Shown piece after piece: positions 1 through 8,432 of a stretch of 64,000 nt of DNA. Both the position numbers and the translations under genes were made by a program. This DNA is from a virus. The notes beneath the pieces were generated by a model, which worked only from the letters and a program-made list of their open reading frames with translations, did not search any database and was not told the origin of the DNA. Position 1 is the stretch's first letter. Each line of letters starts with the position of its first letter. The stretch covers positions 25,762 to 89,761 of IMG/VR virus record IMGVR_UViG_3300032323_001868; one strand, given 5' to 3'.

Positions 1-99
1 TAGTCCTATAGAAATGATGACTATTAACATAGTCAATCTTCTCAAGGTCTTGCATAAGACTTATCTCATGTATCTTCATATACTCAATGAAGGCATGCA

Positions 100-282
100 T
101 TAGATTACTTCTTCATCTAGTTCGACTTCATCTTCTTCATACTGTTCATCTACCTCAATAGAATAAACTTCAGGGAATCCGTAGTCCTCGTACTCCCAGC
201 CCATCTTTTCTGCTTCTTCTTCGTTGTCTGCTTCTACTTCGTAGTTGTATTCTACAATCACCTTCAGGTCATACATTGGCAT
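100..282 (-). CDS. small acidic hypothetical early protein
   Basis: 60-aa ORF, very Glu-rich, AGAAAGGA-type RBS upstream, co-oriented with neighbours. Confidence 0.7.
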   Translation of the reverse strand: MPMYDLKVIVEYNYEVEADNEEEAEKMGWEYEDYGFPEVYSIEVDEQYEEDEVELDEEVI

Positions 283-311
283 TGTGGGATTTCCTTTCTG
301 TGGTCTTAATA

Positions 312-524
312 TTAATTATAAGGGTTGGTGTTGATTTTTACAACTTTTGAGGATGTGATACTAATCACAGGGGCCATCTGTTCTGGCTCTACCGCTGTTC
401 TTACGACAAAGGTATCCAATGAGCAAACACAGGCGGGATCGTGATTAGGAGTCTTATTAGTGATAACTTCCATCAGGGCATCACAATCAGTACAAACATA
501 ACTATACTTGGTCCACATAGGCAA
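312..524 (-). CDS. small Cys-containing (zinc-ribbon-like) hypothetical protein
   Basis: Y-x-Y-x-C-x2-C ... C-x-C pattern; GGAGG upstream. Confidence 0.6.
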   Translation of the reverse strand: MPMWTKYSYVCTDCDALMEVITNKTPNHDPACVCSLDTFVVRTAVEPEQMAPVISITSSKVVKINTNPYN

Positions 525-617
525 CCTCCATTAAATAAGCATCAGTATCACATACATCACATAGGTGTACATAATCACTGTCGTCCCAATTAGACATACA
601 CATGTTACACCTGGTCA

Positions 618-779
618 TCATCCCTCCCAATATTGCATAATGGTATTCATTGTGATATGGAGATTGCAATCACAGTCTTCTCCACCCATGTTCTCATGGA
701 ACTCAAAGTGTGATAGGTTGTCCTCATAAATTTCCATTACGAGTTCTGATATTGTGTATGGTTTGTAGGTGGTAGTCAT
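618..779 (-). CDS. 53-aa hypothetical protein (MTTTYKPYTISELV...), not in ORF track
   Basis: Translated by hand; ATG lies just downstream of a TTGATT-N17-TACAAT promoter (leaderless). Confidence 0.55.
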   Translation of the reverse strand: MTTTYKPYTISELVMEIYEDNLSHFEFHENMGGEDCDCNLHITMNTIMQYWEG

Positions 780-901
780 ATATTAATTGTAGCCTAGAAC
801 CTGGGAAAAATCAACTCTATCGTAATTACTTTTTTAATTGTATTTATTTAGTTACTGATAAGTATGTCCTATTTGTACCATTTTGGAACGTCCCGCATTT
901 G

Positions 902-975
902 CGATCTGTACGGGACTTGAACCCGTGATCTCTACCGTGACAGGGTAGCGAATTAACCAACTATTCTAACAGACC
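902..975 (-). tRNA. tRNA-Asp (GTC), CCA not encoded
   Basis: Minus strand GGTCTGT/ACAGATC acceptor stem, D-arm AGTTGGTTAA, anticodon arm CTACC-CT-GTC-AC-GGTAG, T-arm ACGGG-TTCAAGT-CCCGT, discriminator G followed by CAA. Confidence 0.95.
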
Positions 976-976
976 A

Positions 977-1006
977 GTGAGCAGTTTTATTTCATGCTCA
1001 GGAAAT
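977..1006 (-). ncRNA. H-type pseudoknot element, copy 1
   Basis: ATTTC-CTGAGCAT-GAAAT-AAAAC-TGCTCA; directly after the stop of 1011..2027 and abutting the tRNA 5' end. Confidence 0.7.
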
Positions 1007-1010
1007 TGTA

Positions 1011-2027
1011 TCATGCTAGTTGCATGACATTCTGCACAACTTTCAGCAGACGATTCTTTTCTGCGTTGATAGCAGGGTCAAATCCACTTGCACTTGCAAG
1101 GATAGATTCGTTATTGCCACCTCGTGCTGTACGATACCAGTCAAGGCGTTCTGTAAGTGCATTGAAAGCGCCCCATGCAGAGCCAGCAATCATGCCGTTA
1201 AATTCGCCTGTGTAAATATCGTTGATAATATCTACCTTGTTCTCCCACTTCTTGACGGCACCCTTAGAATCTTTTTCAGGCTTAGGGTAAGCAGCGAGAA
1301 TAATATCGTTGAATTGCTTAGCATTGACTTCCTTCTCGAACATAGCCTTAGCCATGATGTCAAATTCGTCCATGTATGCATTAGCAAGACCAAGAGTCTC
1401 ACGAGCAATCTGCACTTTACCATTGGCAGTCTGCGTGTGGCGAATCTTGAATGATTGCTTGATACCATTCTTCTTCTTGCGTGAGCCTAGTGCAAGATTA
1501 AGAGTATTAGCGCACACCACACGAACAGGTGTAATGCTTGCTTGAATAGCGATTGAGCCATCGTGTGATGTGTTGATGAGCAAATAAGTCTTTACCTTAT
1601 CTGCAACACCGCTAGGGTCTAGTACAGTCTCACGCTCTAATGCAAGAGAGCCGAATACTACACGCCCACCCTTGATAGCGCCAGCGGTTTCCCAACGACC
1701 ACCACCATCTAGGATATTGTCACCGAATGAGAATAAGTCTTCATTCTGCAATACATGATAACGCTCACCAACTACACCAAGAACATCTGTCTGGGTATTA
1801 GTTGTAGGGTTAGTGCGTACGACATATTGGTATTCTTTGTCGCTTGTTAAGTGTGATGGAATTGGCATTTCTTCAAGACGAACATTCCAACCATTGAGGT
1901 TTGCAGCCTCTAGCATTTCTGCGGTTGTTTTTTCTTCTGTGAATACAGTACCCAATCCATGCCATGCAGGTTCACGGAAAGATGCAAAAGATGCCTTGCC
2001 GTTTTGTGATTCTAGGTCATGTGCCAT
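1011..2027 (-). CDS. DUF932 / TIGR03299-type phage-plasmid protein
   Basis: MAHDLE...AWHGLG N-terminus, ETAGAIKGGRVVF, NTSHDGS, TPVRVVCANTL and RHT motifs. Confidence 0.9.
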   Translation of the reverse strand: MAHDLESQNGKASFASFREPAWHGLGTVFTEEKTTAEMLEAANLNGWNVRLEEMPIPSHLTSDKEYQYVVRTNPTTNTQTDVLGVVGERYHVLQNEDLFSFGDNILDGGGRWETAGAIKGGRVVFGSLALERETVLDPSGVADKVKTYLLINTSHDGSIAIQASITPVRVVCANTLNLALGSRKKKNGIKQSFKIRHTQTANGKVQIARETLGLANAYMDEFDIMAKAMFEKEVNAKQFNDIILAAYPKPEKDSKGAVKKWENKVDIINDIYTGEFNGMIAGSAWGAFNALTERLDWYRTARGGNNESILASASGFDPAINAEKNRLLKVVQNVMQLA

Positions 2028-2191
2028 GAGTGTTTCTCCTTTTTGTTGTTGATAATATAACTATACACCAAGCCAGCGACATATGCAAATCAGGATAGTT
2101 AGATGTGTACAAATCGGACATTTTTAAGGGTGTCGTAATTCACATCGTAAATACTTGACAAGATCAACTTTTGCGGGACGTGCAATAAAAA

Positions 2192-2223
2192 GTGAGCCGT
2201 TTACATGGACAATGCTCAGGTCC
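2192..2223 (-). ncRNA. H-type pseudoknot element, copy 2
   Basis: GGAC-CTGAGCATT-GTCC-ATGTAAAC-GGCTCA. Confidence 0.65.
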
Positions 2224-2269
2224 CTTGCCTAGTTTAAAGACATTCGACATGTCTATTAGTAGCCCCCTA

Positions 2270-2722
2270 CTAAATATTATCCTCTGCCTGAATTGAGCGG
2301 GTATCAACATTGAAATCATCGATTGAATAATCAAATGAGTCAACACTGAATTCAAGTGTGTTGGCCACATCATCTGCGTCAACATCAAATGGTACTTCAA
2401 TCTCAATCTCAAACTCTACAACTGCATTAACAGTTACAGTCTTGGTTAGTTCAAAGTCACCAATCTGTGCAAACATCTCTGCAACCTCGTGAGTGAACTC
2501 ACGGTTACCAAGGCATTCAATAACATATTCTTTGATTGCATCCTTGGTTGCTTGGTGTGCTCGTTGTTCTGCATACAATGATTGTGAGTGTTCGGATGAA
2601 CGGTCCTGCAATGAGACAATCATCGCATCCTTCTTCTCAATTAATTCCTGCAGCGCTACAGCCTGATTCTGAAGAAATTCTCGTGTCATGTAGTATTCAT
2701 TGGTTAGTACTGGCTGGTCCAT
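2270..2722 (-). CDS. hypothetical protein, coiled-coil N-half and acidic C-half
   Basis: 150-aa ORF with its own promoter and AGAAAGAGG RBS. Confidence 0.8.
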   Translation of the reverse strand: MDQPVLTNEYYMTREFLQNQAVALQELIEKKDAMIVSLQDRSSEHSQSLYAEQRAHQATKDAIKEYVIECLGNREFTHEVAEMFAQIGDFELTKTVTVNAVVEFEIEIEVPFDVDADDVANTLEFSVDSFDYSIDDFNVDTRSIQAEDNI

Positions 2723-2815
2723 GGGGGCCTCTTTCTGTTGTTGTTATTAATATAAGTCTAGCAGCGGGTACCGACAAATGCAACTTAATGGTCTTAATAG
2801 TCTTACATATTGGGA

Positions 2816-2831
2816 TGTGATTAATCTCACA
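2816..2831. promoter_or_regulatory. CRP/GlxR-like box
   Basis: TGTGA-TTAATC-TCACA, perfect half-sites. Confidence 0.7.
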
Positions 2832-2854
2832 CTGCACGTCGCAAAAAACAGTGA

Positions 2855-2884
2855 GTGAGCAGTTTTATATCATGCTCAGGATAT
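2855..2884 (-). ncRNA. H-type pseudoknot element, copy 3
   Basis: ATATC-CTGAGCAT-GATAT-AAAAC-TGCTCA. Confidence 0.7.
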
Positions 2885-2888
2885 TTAA

Positions 2889-3059
2889 TTACTTAGATGT
2901 TTTCACCATTGCAAATCGGTGTGAGCCGTTTGCTAACTTTAGTGAAACTCTAGTAAGTTTAGAGTTGATAGGTGTGAAGTTGCTAATGCGACCAGTAACA
3001 CCTGTCTTGCTTGTGGTGAACAGATCACCGATTTGATATGTATATCCGCCTAGTGTCAT
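2889..3059 (-). CDS. 56-aa small beta-barrel (SH3/KOW-like) protein, not in ORF track
   Basis: MTLGGYTYQIGDLFTTSKTGVTGRISNFTP...TRVSLKL; AAGGA RBS; paralogue of 3776..3937. Confidence 0.75.
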   Translation of the reverse strand: MTLGGYTYQIGDLFTTSKTGVTGRISNFTPINSKLTRVSLKLANGSHRFAMVKTSK

Positions 3060-3096
3060 TTGTTTTTTCCTTTTGTTAGTGGTGGTATTAAATTGT

Positions 3097-3124
3097 GTGA
3101 GCAGTTTTGGCTCTTACTCAGGAG
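3097..3124 (-). ncRNA. H-type pseudoknot element, copy 4
   Basis: CTC-CTGAGTAA-GAG-CCAAAAC-TGCTCA. Confidence 0.6.
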
Positions 3125-3228
3125 GTCTGCTTCTTTAGGTCTGCAGTAACCTTGCTCTATAGTATTTCTATTATCGCCCTAATCAGCCTGGCGAAATGAG
3201 TGGGGCTTTTACACCCCACCCAACTTTG

Positions 3229-3651
3229 CTAGAGGTAGCGAGCCACCGCATTGTATGTTGAAGTATTAACTACTTCTTCATCTGTCATCTTGAGGATACG
3301 AATTGCGTTTGTGATTTCTTCCTTCTGCTCACGATATGTGTGCTGATGGATAACCTCGAAATCCTTAGTTGGCTCTGTTGGCATATCCTTTTCGGATACT
3401 GTCAAATCGAAGTCAATGTTAAGGCAGTTATTCCATGAACGATATGAAGTGCGGAAGTTTTCTGCCTTCTTGATGTTTGCTACTGCATAGTCAATAAGTT
3501 CCTTCTTATACTTCTCATACTGCTTTTGATACTTTGCTTCGTTGGCTTCTTGTGATGTGTAGTCTGCTTCTAGTTTAGCAAGTGCGCCTTCTAGTGCCTT
3601 GATTACCTTTGGTGTTGCGATTTTAACTGAGATTGCTTTTGCTCTTGACAT
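3229..3651 (-). CDS. hypothetical helical protein
   Basis: 140-aa ORF with AAAGGA RBS. Confidence 0.8.
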   Translation of the reverse strand: MSRAKAISVKIATPKVIKALEGALAKLEADYTSQEANEAKYQKQYEKYKKELIDYAVANIKKAENFRTSYRSWNNCLNIDFDLTVSEKDMPTEPTKDFEVIHQHTYREQKEEITNAIRILKMTDEEVVNTSTYNAVARYL

Positions 3652-3698
3652 GGTGTTCCTTTTCTTTGGTGGTTGATATTTCTATTATAGGGGGTGGA

Positions 3699-3726
3699 TA
3701 AGCCTTTTTGCAACTTGCTTAGGTTG
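3699..3726 (-). ncRNA. H-type pseudoknot element, copy 5
   Basis: CAAC-CTAAGCAA-GTTG-CAAAAAG-GCTTA; compensatory changes in both stems. Confidence 0.65.
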
Positions 3727-3775
3727 GTTCACGCCTCTTGTTTATAGTGGCTGTACGCTAACCACTATGAAAGGC

Positions 3776-3937
3776 TTACGCCTTCCAAGTTGTCCAGCGT
3801 GTTGAGCCATTTACATCTAACTTAACACGAACTGTGTCCTTTGATGTTGGTACGATTTCAACGATTGTGCCTGTGACCTTTGACTTCTGTGAAGTGTAAG
3901 TGTCGCCGACCTTGTATGTTGCTACTGCTACTGTCAT
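3776..3937 (-). CDS. 53-aa small beta-barrel (SH3/KOW-like) protein
   Basis: Start moved to MTVAVATYKVGD after an AAAGGA RBS; YKVGD...VTGTIVEI...VRVKLD pattern. Confidence 0.75.
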   Translation of the reverse strand: MTVAVATYKVGDTYTSQKSKVTGTIVEIVPTSKDTVRVKLDVNGSTRWTTWKA

Positions 3938-4043
3938 GTTTTTTCCTTTTCTGTGTTGGTTTGTTATATTTCTAGTATATCCGAGAAATCTCAGAAATAC
4001 AATTCCTAGCCTAGAGAATCTCATATTTTGAGACCCTTTCCCC

Positions 4044-4059
4044 TGTGATATAGGTCACA
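4044..4059. promoter_or_regulatory. CRP/GlxR-like box
   Basis: TGTGA-TATAGG-TCACA. Confidence 0.7.
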
Positions 4060-4126
4060 AGTTGCCTGTGATAAATAGGATAAGGAAACATATCCCTAGC
4101 CATAGTATGAATTTGTCCATAGTTCC

Positions 4127-4849
4127 CTACTTTTTGGTTGCACTAAATACTATATCAGATTTCTCATAAATACACAACTTGCAACTAGCGCATGCAGACC
4201 CTTTCTGTGAGATAAGTGGAATAGCCTTTTTATTCTCAGGGCACTTAGCCCCAGGCTTGCCTGTTAACTCCTTCATGTCTTCTTGTCCTATTAAGAAATT
4301 TTTGGCAAGGTATGCAAGGGAGATATTATGATCTGCTTTAAGTCCTATACCTATAGCCTTATTATCGCTATCTGTGGAATAGTATAGTGAAAGATTAGGA
4401 ATGTCTTTTAGAATAAGCGCTGCAGACTTAACTCTGGTATATACCCAGAATTGAATGTCTGGATACTTATCAACAACTACCTTCCATGCATATGCATAAG
4501 TATCATTAAAGAAATCTCCGTCCCAGTGGATACGGAATTGCTTAGGTGCATTGCGCTTATCGCACTCTGCATTAAAATCATTAATCATTTCATTAAGTAG
4601 ACGGACCATAGTTTCTCCGTCTGCATTGCGTAGTAGTTCCCAGTTATGCAATAGGTTTTTCTTTACTGTTGGGAATATCTTTTCTAACTTGCCTGCATAG
4701 CAAACACTTTCGCAGACACTAGTAGCGCCAGGACATGAATAGTTTTTACCTGCAGGTAATCCGAATGTGTTAGCGATACTTGCTTGTTTTCCATTAGGGG
4801 TGACGGCATTAGCAACTTTTCTATCTTTAGAGCGTAGTAGTTTAGTCAT
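4127..4849 (-). CDS. Gp88-like protein (Cys-rich, probable metal or Fe-S binding)
   Basis: FGLPAG..SCPGAT..C...CYA, FRIHWDGDFF, FWVYTR and C-terminal CPE...CxxCxxC motifs typical of actinophage gene product 88. Confidence 0.8.
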   Translation of the reverse strand: MTKLLRSKDRKVANAVTPNGKQASIANTFGLPAGKNYSCPGATSVCESVCYAGKLEKIFPTVKKNLLHNWELLRNADGETMVRLLNEMINDFNAECDKRNAPKQFRIHWDGDFFNDTYAYAWKVVVDKYPDIQFWVYTRVKSAALILKDIPNLSLYYSTDSDNKAIGIGLKADHNISLAYLAKNFLIGQEDMKELTGKPGAKCPENKKAIPLISQKGSACASCKLCIYEKSDIVFSATKK

Positions 4850-5084
4850 GGTGGGACCCTCTTTCTTTTTTTAATTTTAGCATTAGCGACTGACATTTCT
4901 TTCTGTCATATTTCTTTTTATTAGGTACCGCAGAGGCCGCATTGCTACGGCGTAATTCCATAAGCCTGCGTAATTCCTCGGGTGTTTTTTTCATATAATA
5001 ATTTTAGCAAAAATCAGGGAAAAATACAAGTTGGTCTTAATTAGGGTAAATCGGACATTTGTGGTGCGGGACGTCCCGCCTTTG

Positions 5085-5327
5085 CTACTCGTCTTTTTCT
5101 ATATAAACATAGAGGTCAACATATGTGTCGTGTGCAATTGTTATTGTATCTGGTTCACCATACACATCAACACAATCGATAAAGTAATTGTCTCCAGTTG
5201 AATCAGAATTGATATCAATTACTTCGATGAGTTCATCATCAATCTTGATTAGATCATCAGGCATCAGAGAACCTGGTGTTAATTTATCTGCCCATACTAG
5301 ATCCATGTTGTTTATTGTATCAGCCAT
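5085..5327 (-). CDS. small acidic beta-rich hypothetical protein
   Basis: 80-aa ORF in co-oriented early cluster. Confidence 0.7.
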   Translation of the reverse strand: MADTINNMDLVWADKLTPGSLMPDDLIKIDDELIEVIDINSDSTGDNYFIDCVDVYGEPDTITIAHDTYVDLYVYIEKDE

Positions 5328-5403
5328 TTATTCGTCCTCTTCGCTAGAAATACATTCATAACAATCACAATATTTTGAGTGGGGAATAAAAAAATCTTCC
5401 ATA

Positions 5404-5739
5404 TTACCCCTCATCATATTCTAGTGAGAGTGGGAAGTCATCAGACCCATCTTGCCAGTCATCGGCTGGCTCAATAAATACATCAAGGTGATGCTGGTCT
5501 ACGATAGCGTGTGCAGGTGCTTGAGTTTCTCCACGATAAAGAATCTGAAAGTCACCAACCTTCGGCATGTCAATCATGCGGTCATAGTCCTCATCATAGA
5601 AGGCGTCAATGGCTTCAATGCAAGGTTGCACCATTTCTGCGGGGACTGGAGGATAGTGATTAGCCTTAAGGTGATAGAGAATCTGAGTCTCCAAGTCAAG
5701 GACTTCTTCTTTAATTCCTAGTGCTGTAACTGAACCCAT
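5404..5739 (-). CDS. conserved phage hypothetical protein
   Basis: HLKANHYPPVP...IVDQHHLD His motifs; coupled to the upstream gene. Confidence 0.75.
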   Translation of the reverse strand: MGSVTALGIKEEVLDLETQILYHLKANHYPPVPAEMVQPCIEAIDAFYDEDYDRMIDMPKVGDFQILYRGETQAPAHAIVDQHHLDVFIEPADDWQDGSDDFPLSLEYDEG

Positions 5740-5740
5740 A

Positions 5741-5956
5741 TTACTTACCCCCTACATTTCCATTACGATAAAAGATTTTGGTGTGCATTTTGCCATTAGG
5801 CTCTGACAAGTTAATTGTGCGATATTCTTTTGCATCTCCATAGTCGTTGCATGCCATGAACGCACCAACGGCAGAAAGAGCATCACTATAGCGACCAACC
5901 CATTCAGGGCTAGTGCTATTGTCATTAGTTGAAGTAACTGAGTATAAGTATTCCAT
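5741..5956 (-). CDS. hypothetical protein
   Basis: 71-aa ORF with AAGGAG RBS. Confidence 0.7.
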   Translation of the reverse strand: MEYLYSVTSTNDNSTSPEWVGRYSDALSAVGAFMACNDYGDAKEYRTINLSEPNGKMHTKIFYRNGNVGGK

Positions 5957-6308
5957 TAGTTGTAACTCCTTTTACATTCTGAGCATAGATAGTTTAATTT
6001 GCAATAGCAACCTACTGCGTTTGGGCGGAGCATATCCGTTTCATAGTATTCGTCATAGAAATCCATACTAGTTAGCCTCTTTTGTTAGGAATAGTTGGTC
6101 AATGTAGTCATAGCCTATCATGGCTTCTACCTCTCGGTCAAGGTAGCAACGGAAGCAATAGAGTTCGGTTACATCTACTGCATTTTCATTACACTGCATG
6201 CATACATGTGCGGTCATGGGAGCCTTCTTTCTTAAGTTGATATAAATATCCTATCATATGGGGGTGACAAAGTGAAGTTCATAAGCCAAGTTCTGCGAAA
6301 ATTAATGG

Positions 6309-6324
6309 TGTGAACTTAATCACA
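6309..6324. promoter_or_regulatory. CRP/GlxR-like box
   Basis: TGTGA-ACTTAA-TCACA. Confidence 0.7.
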
Positions 6325-6333
6325 CTTAATGCC

Positions 6334-6373
6334 TGTGGATAACTACCTGGCTTGTGGATAACCCTGTGGAAAA
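6334..6373 (-). promoter_or_regulatory. cluster of three co-oriented DnaA boxes
   Basis: TGTGGATAA at 6334-6342 and 6353-6361, TGTGGAAAA at 6365-6373 (TTATCCACA twice, TTTTCCACA once). Confidence 0.7.
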
Positions 6374-6389
6374 CGGGACGTTGAAAATT

Positions 6390-6418
6390 TGAGCAGTTTT
6401 AGATCGTGCTCAGGATTT
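6390..6418 (-). ncRNA. H-type pseudoknot element, copy 6
   Basis: AAATC-CTGAGCAC-GATCT-AAAAC-TGCTCA right after the stop at 6423. Confidence 0.65.
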
Positions 6419-6422
6419 TAGT

Positions 6423-6581
6423 TTATCGCTTTTGATTAAAACGACTTAGTGTAACCAACTCATTGTGTAGTCTAGAATTTTCTTTGACTAGTTCTATGTT
6501 TTGTTTCCAGAATAAAAACATAACTGTTATTGAGCCAGCAAGTGCAATTATGATTGCAAGTAAATCCCAGTTAGTTAGCAT
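6423..6581 (-). CDS. small membrane protein
   Basis: Likely start MLTNWDLL; one hydrophobic helix then a coiled coil. Confidence 0.6.
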   Translation of the reverse strand: MLTNWDLLAIIIALAGSITVMFLFWKQNIELVKENSRLHNELVTLSRFNQKR

Positions 6582-6762
6582 TTCTTGTCTCCATTTCCTC
6601 GCATGCTTGTGTAAATCTATCACGATTAAAGTTTGGATTGTCGCTTGCAAAAAAATCTGCAAAGTCATTTACCAAATCTTCCCACCAGTAATTATCTATC
6701 ATGGCTTTTTGGTATCCTGAAAGAATATCTGCAACTGCTACATAGTCTTTGCGTGTCATCAT
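6571..6762 (-). CDS. conserved phage small protein
   Basis: MTRKDY..VA and F.SDNPNFNRDRF..AC motifs common in phage early genes. Confidence 0.8.
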   Translation of the reverse strand: MMTRKDYVAVADILSGYQKAMIDNYWWEDLVNDFADFFASDNPNFNRDRFTQACEEMETRNAN

Positions 6763-6968
6763 TAGTCTGCCACCTTTAGAATTGCGTACGAGCCGTTTTC
6801 GTTGATTTCATCTAACGCAGGCTGAATGCGTGGTGCAAGAACTTCTTTTAGCAGGCCTTCAAGCATTGTTTTACGCATTGTTGATTCTAGTGCAAGAATC
6901 TGCATTCCTACTGGATGAGTTTCGTCAATTTCTGTAACGAACTTTAGAGAGTGTTCAACTTTTACCAT
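6762..6968 (-). CDS. hypothetical protein
   Basis: TAATG-coupled on both sides. Confidence 0.75.
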   Translation of the reverse strand: MVKVEHSLKFVTEIDETHPVGMQILALESTMRKTMLEGLLKEVLAPRIQPALDEINENGSYAILKVAD

Positions 6969-7150
6969 TAGAGTGTAGCCTTTCCACGAAGTGTTCCACG
7001 AACGCCGAGTGCGTCACATGATAGTTTTACAGATACGCCAGCAGGTAGCGTGTTAGGATAAGTGCTGATAAATTGTGCAACTGCACCTCGTGAGGGTAGT
7101 TGAATGGTTTTAACTGTACCATTAAAAGTTTCTAGATTTACTTTATACAT
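6968..7150 (-). CDS. hypothetical protein, paralogue of 9093..9266
   Basis: Coupled ORF sharing KV.L....G....I.L and VK..CD.LG..G.L.G. Confidence 0.75.
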   Translation of the reverse strand: MYKVNLETFNGTVKTIQLPSRGAVAQFISTYPNTLPAGVSVKLSCDALGVRGTLRGKATL

Positions 7151-7151
7151 A

Positions 7152-7367
7152 TTAGTTTTCCTTTCTTACTGCAACTGTACGGAATGTTTTGCGACCCCAT
7201 GTGTTAGAACCGCTGTAAGGTGCGATTTCTACAAGGTAGGTGTCGCAATCTGCATACCATACCGCTTTAGGGTGTGGCTCTGCACTTATGATTTCTCCAC
7301 GCATTGTTTTGGAGATATATTCTTTTCCCACAAGTAGGGACTGGACATTGTAGACATTTGCAGACAT
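7152..7367 (-). CDS. hypothetical protein
   Basis: 71-aa first gene after the promoter at 7403-7425. Confidence 0.7.
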   Translation of the reverse strand: MSANVYNVQSLLVGKEYISKTMRGEIISAEPHPKAVWYADCDTYLVEIAPYSGSNTWGRKTFRTVAVRKEN

Positions 7368-7462
7368 AAGTTTGTCTCACTTTCTTTTTTGTTAATATAG
7401 CAAGTGTAGCATTTTTGGGTGACAATATCAAATTGAGAATCGGACATATCAGACAAATTGAA

Positions 7463-7478
7463 TGTGAGGTTGGTCACA
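7463..7478. promoter_or_regulatory. CRP/GlxR-like box
   Basis: TGTGA-GGTTGG-TCACA; a near-match TGTGA-TTTACA-CCACA lies at 7563-7578. Confidence 0.7.
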
Positions 7479-7709
7479 TCGTTTTGCTACTTTATTTAAT
7501 TTTATAGATAGAATCTTAGCATAAGTAATCTTAAAAGTCAAGACGACACGCCGTAAATGTAATGTGATTTACACCACAGGGGGACGTCGTGCACGTCGCA
7601 TTTTTATGCAATGATCTGCATAGTCATTCAGTCAAGTGTAACCAGATTGAATAAATAAATAACCCAAATAAAAAAAAGAATGCAGCGTTACCATTTAAAT
7701 AAAATTCTT

Positions 7710-7886
7710 TCATCGCTCACGCACCTCCGCTAATTCGTTGCGAAATGATTCCGCAGTCTCATGTTGTTGTTTCAATGTGAGCGAAGCCCACAAGTAACCC
7801 ATTAGGTAAGCGTTACCACTATCTACATCGCCACGAATATCTTGTGACATAGATTTTACATATTGAAGTAATTGCATATCTGCCAT
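7710..7886 (-). CDS. hypothetical protein
   Basis: Likely start MADMQLL after GGGAG; AYLMGYLW motif. Confidence 0.6.
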   Translation of the reverse strand: MADMQLLQYVKSMSQDIRGDVDSGNAYLMGYLWASLTLKQQHETAESFRNELAEVRER

Positions 7887-7888
7887 TT

Positions 7889-8074
7889 TTATATCTCCCA
7901 ACAATTTTCGCAGGTAAATTTTGTGAAGTCTCTATCTTTCAATAGAATCTCCATGAAGTTGTTATCGCATACAGAGCAAGCGATTAAGTAAGTATCAGCC
8001 AGACGATAACGCCATGGCTCTGATTTAGACAAGAGACGATTCTCTTGCACTTCTGAAGCGATTAGAATTGACAT
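7889..8074 (-). CDS. small zinc-finger protein
   Basis: Likely start MSILIAS after GAGGAG; CSVC...CENC. Confidence 0.6.
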   Translation of the reverse strand: MSILIASEVQENRLLSKSEPWRYRLADTYLIACSVCDNNFMEILLKDRDFTKFTCENCWEI

Positions 8075-8432
8075 TAGTGTTGCTCCTCGCAATCTTCTAC
8101 ATAGTTGAATTCGCAGAAGTAGCAACCCATGGTTTCGCCATGTGCCTTGCATACATACTTGAACTGTGATTCCTCACAGCAATAACGCATTTCATCTTTG
8201 ATTAGATAAAATTCATTTTGGTCAATGTAGGTATCTATCATCAGTTACCTGCCTTTCTGCAACGAATACCATCGTTGCCTACATAGCGATTTAGACCTGC
8301 AACGAAAGTAATTGTTTCGTTACAGTAGAAGCAATCGCCATTACGATTAGGGAAGTGCAGAGTAGGCTTAAGGCTATCTGCGGGGGCATATAGTGAGTTC
8401 ATGTGAACCCCTTTCTTTAACTTGATATAACT

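Noticed and set aside
977-1006. Pseudoknot as a preQ1/SAM-II riboswitch or theta ribozyme
   Set aside because: It lies 3' of genes and lacks the conserved ligand-binding or HDV-like nested architecture as far as I can judge by eye
3150-3195. CTGATTA...GAAA on the minus strand resembling a hammerhead core
   Set aside because: The core deviates from CUGANGA and the three stems cannot be built convincingly
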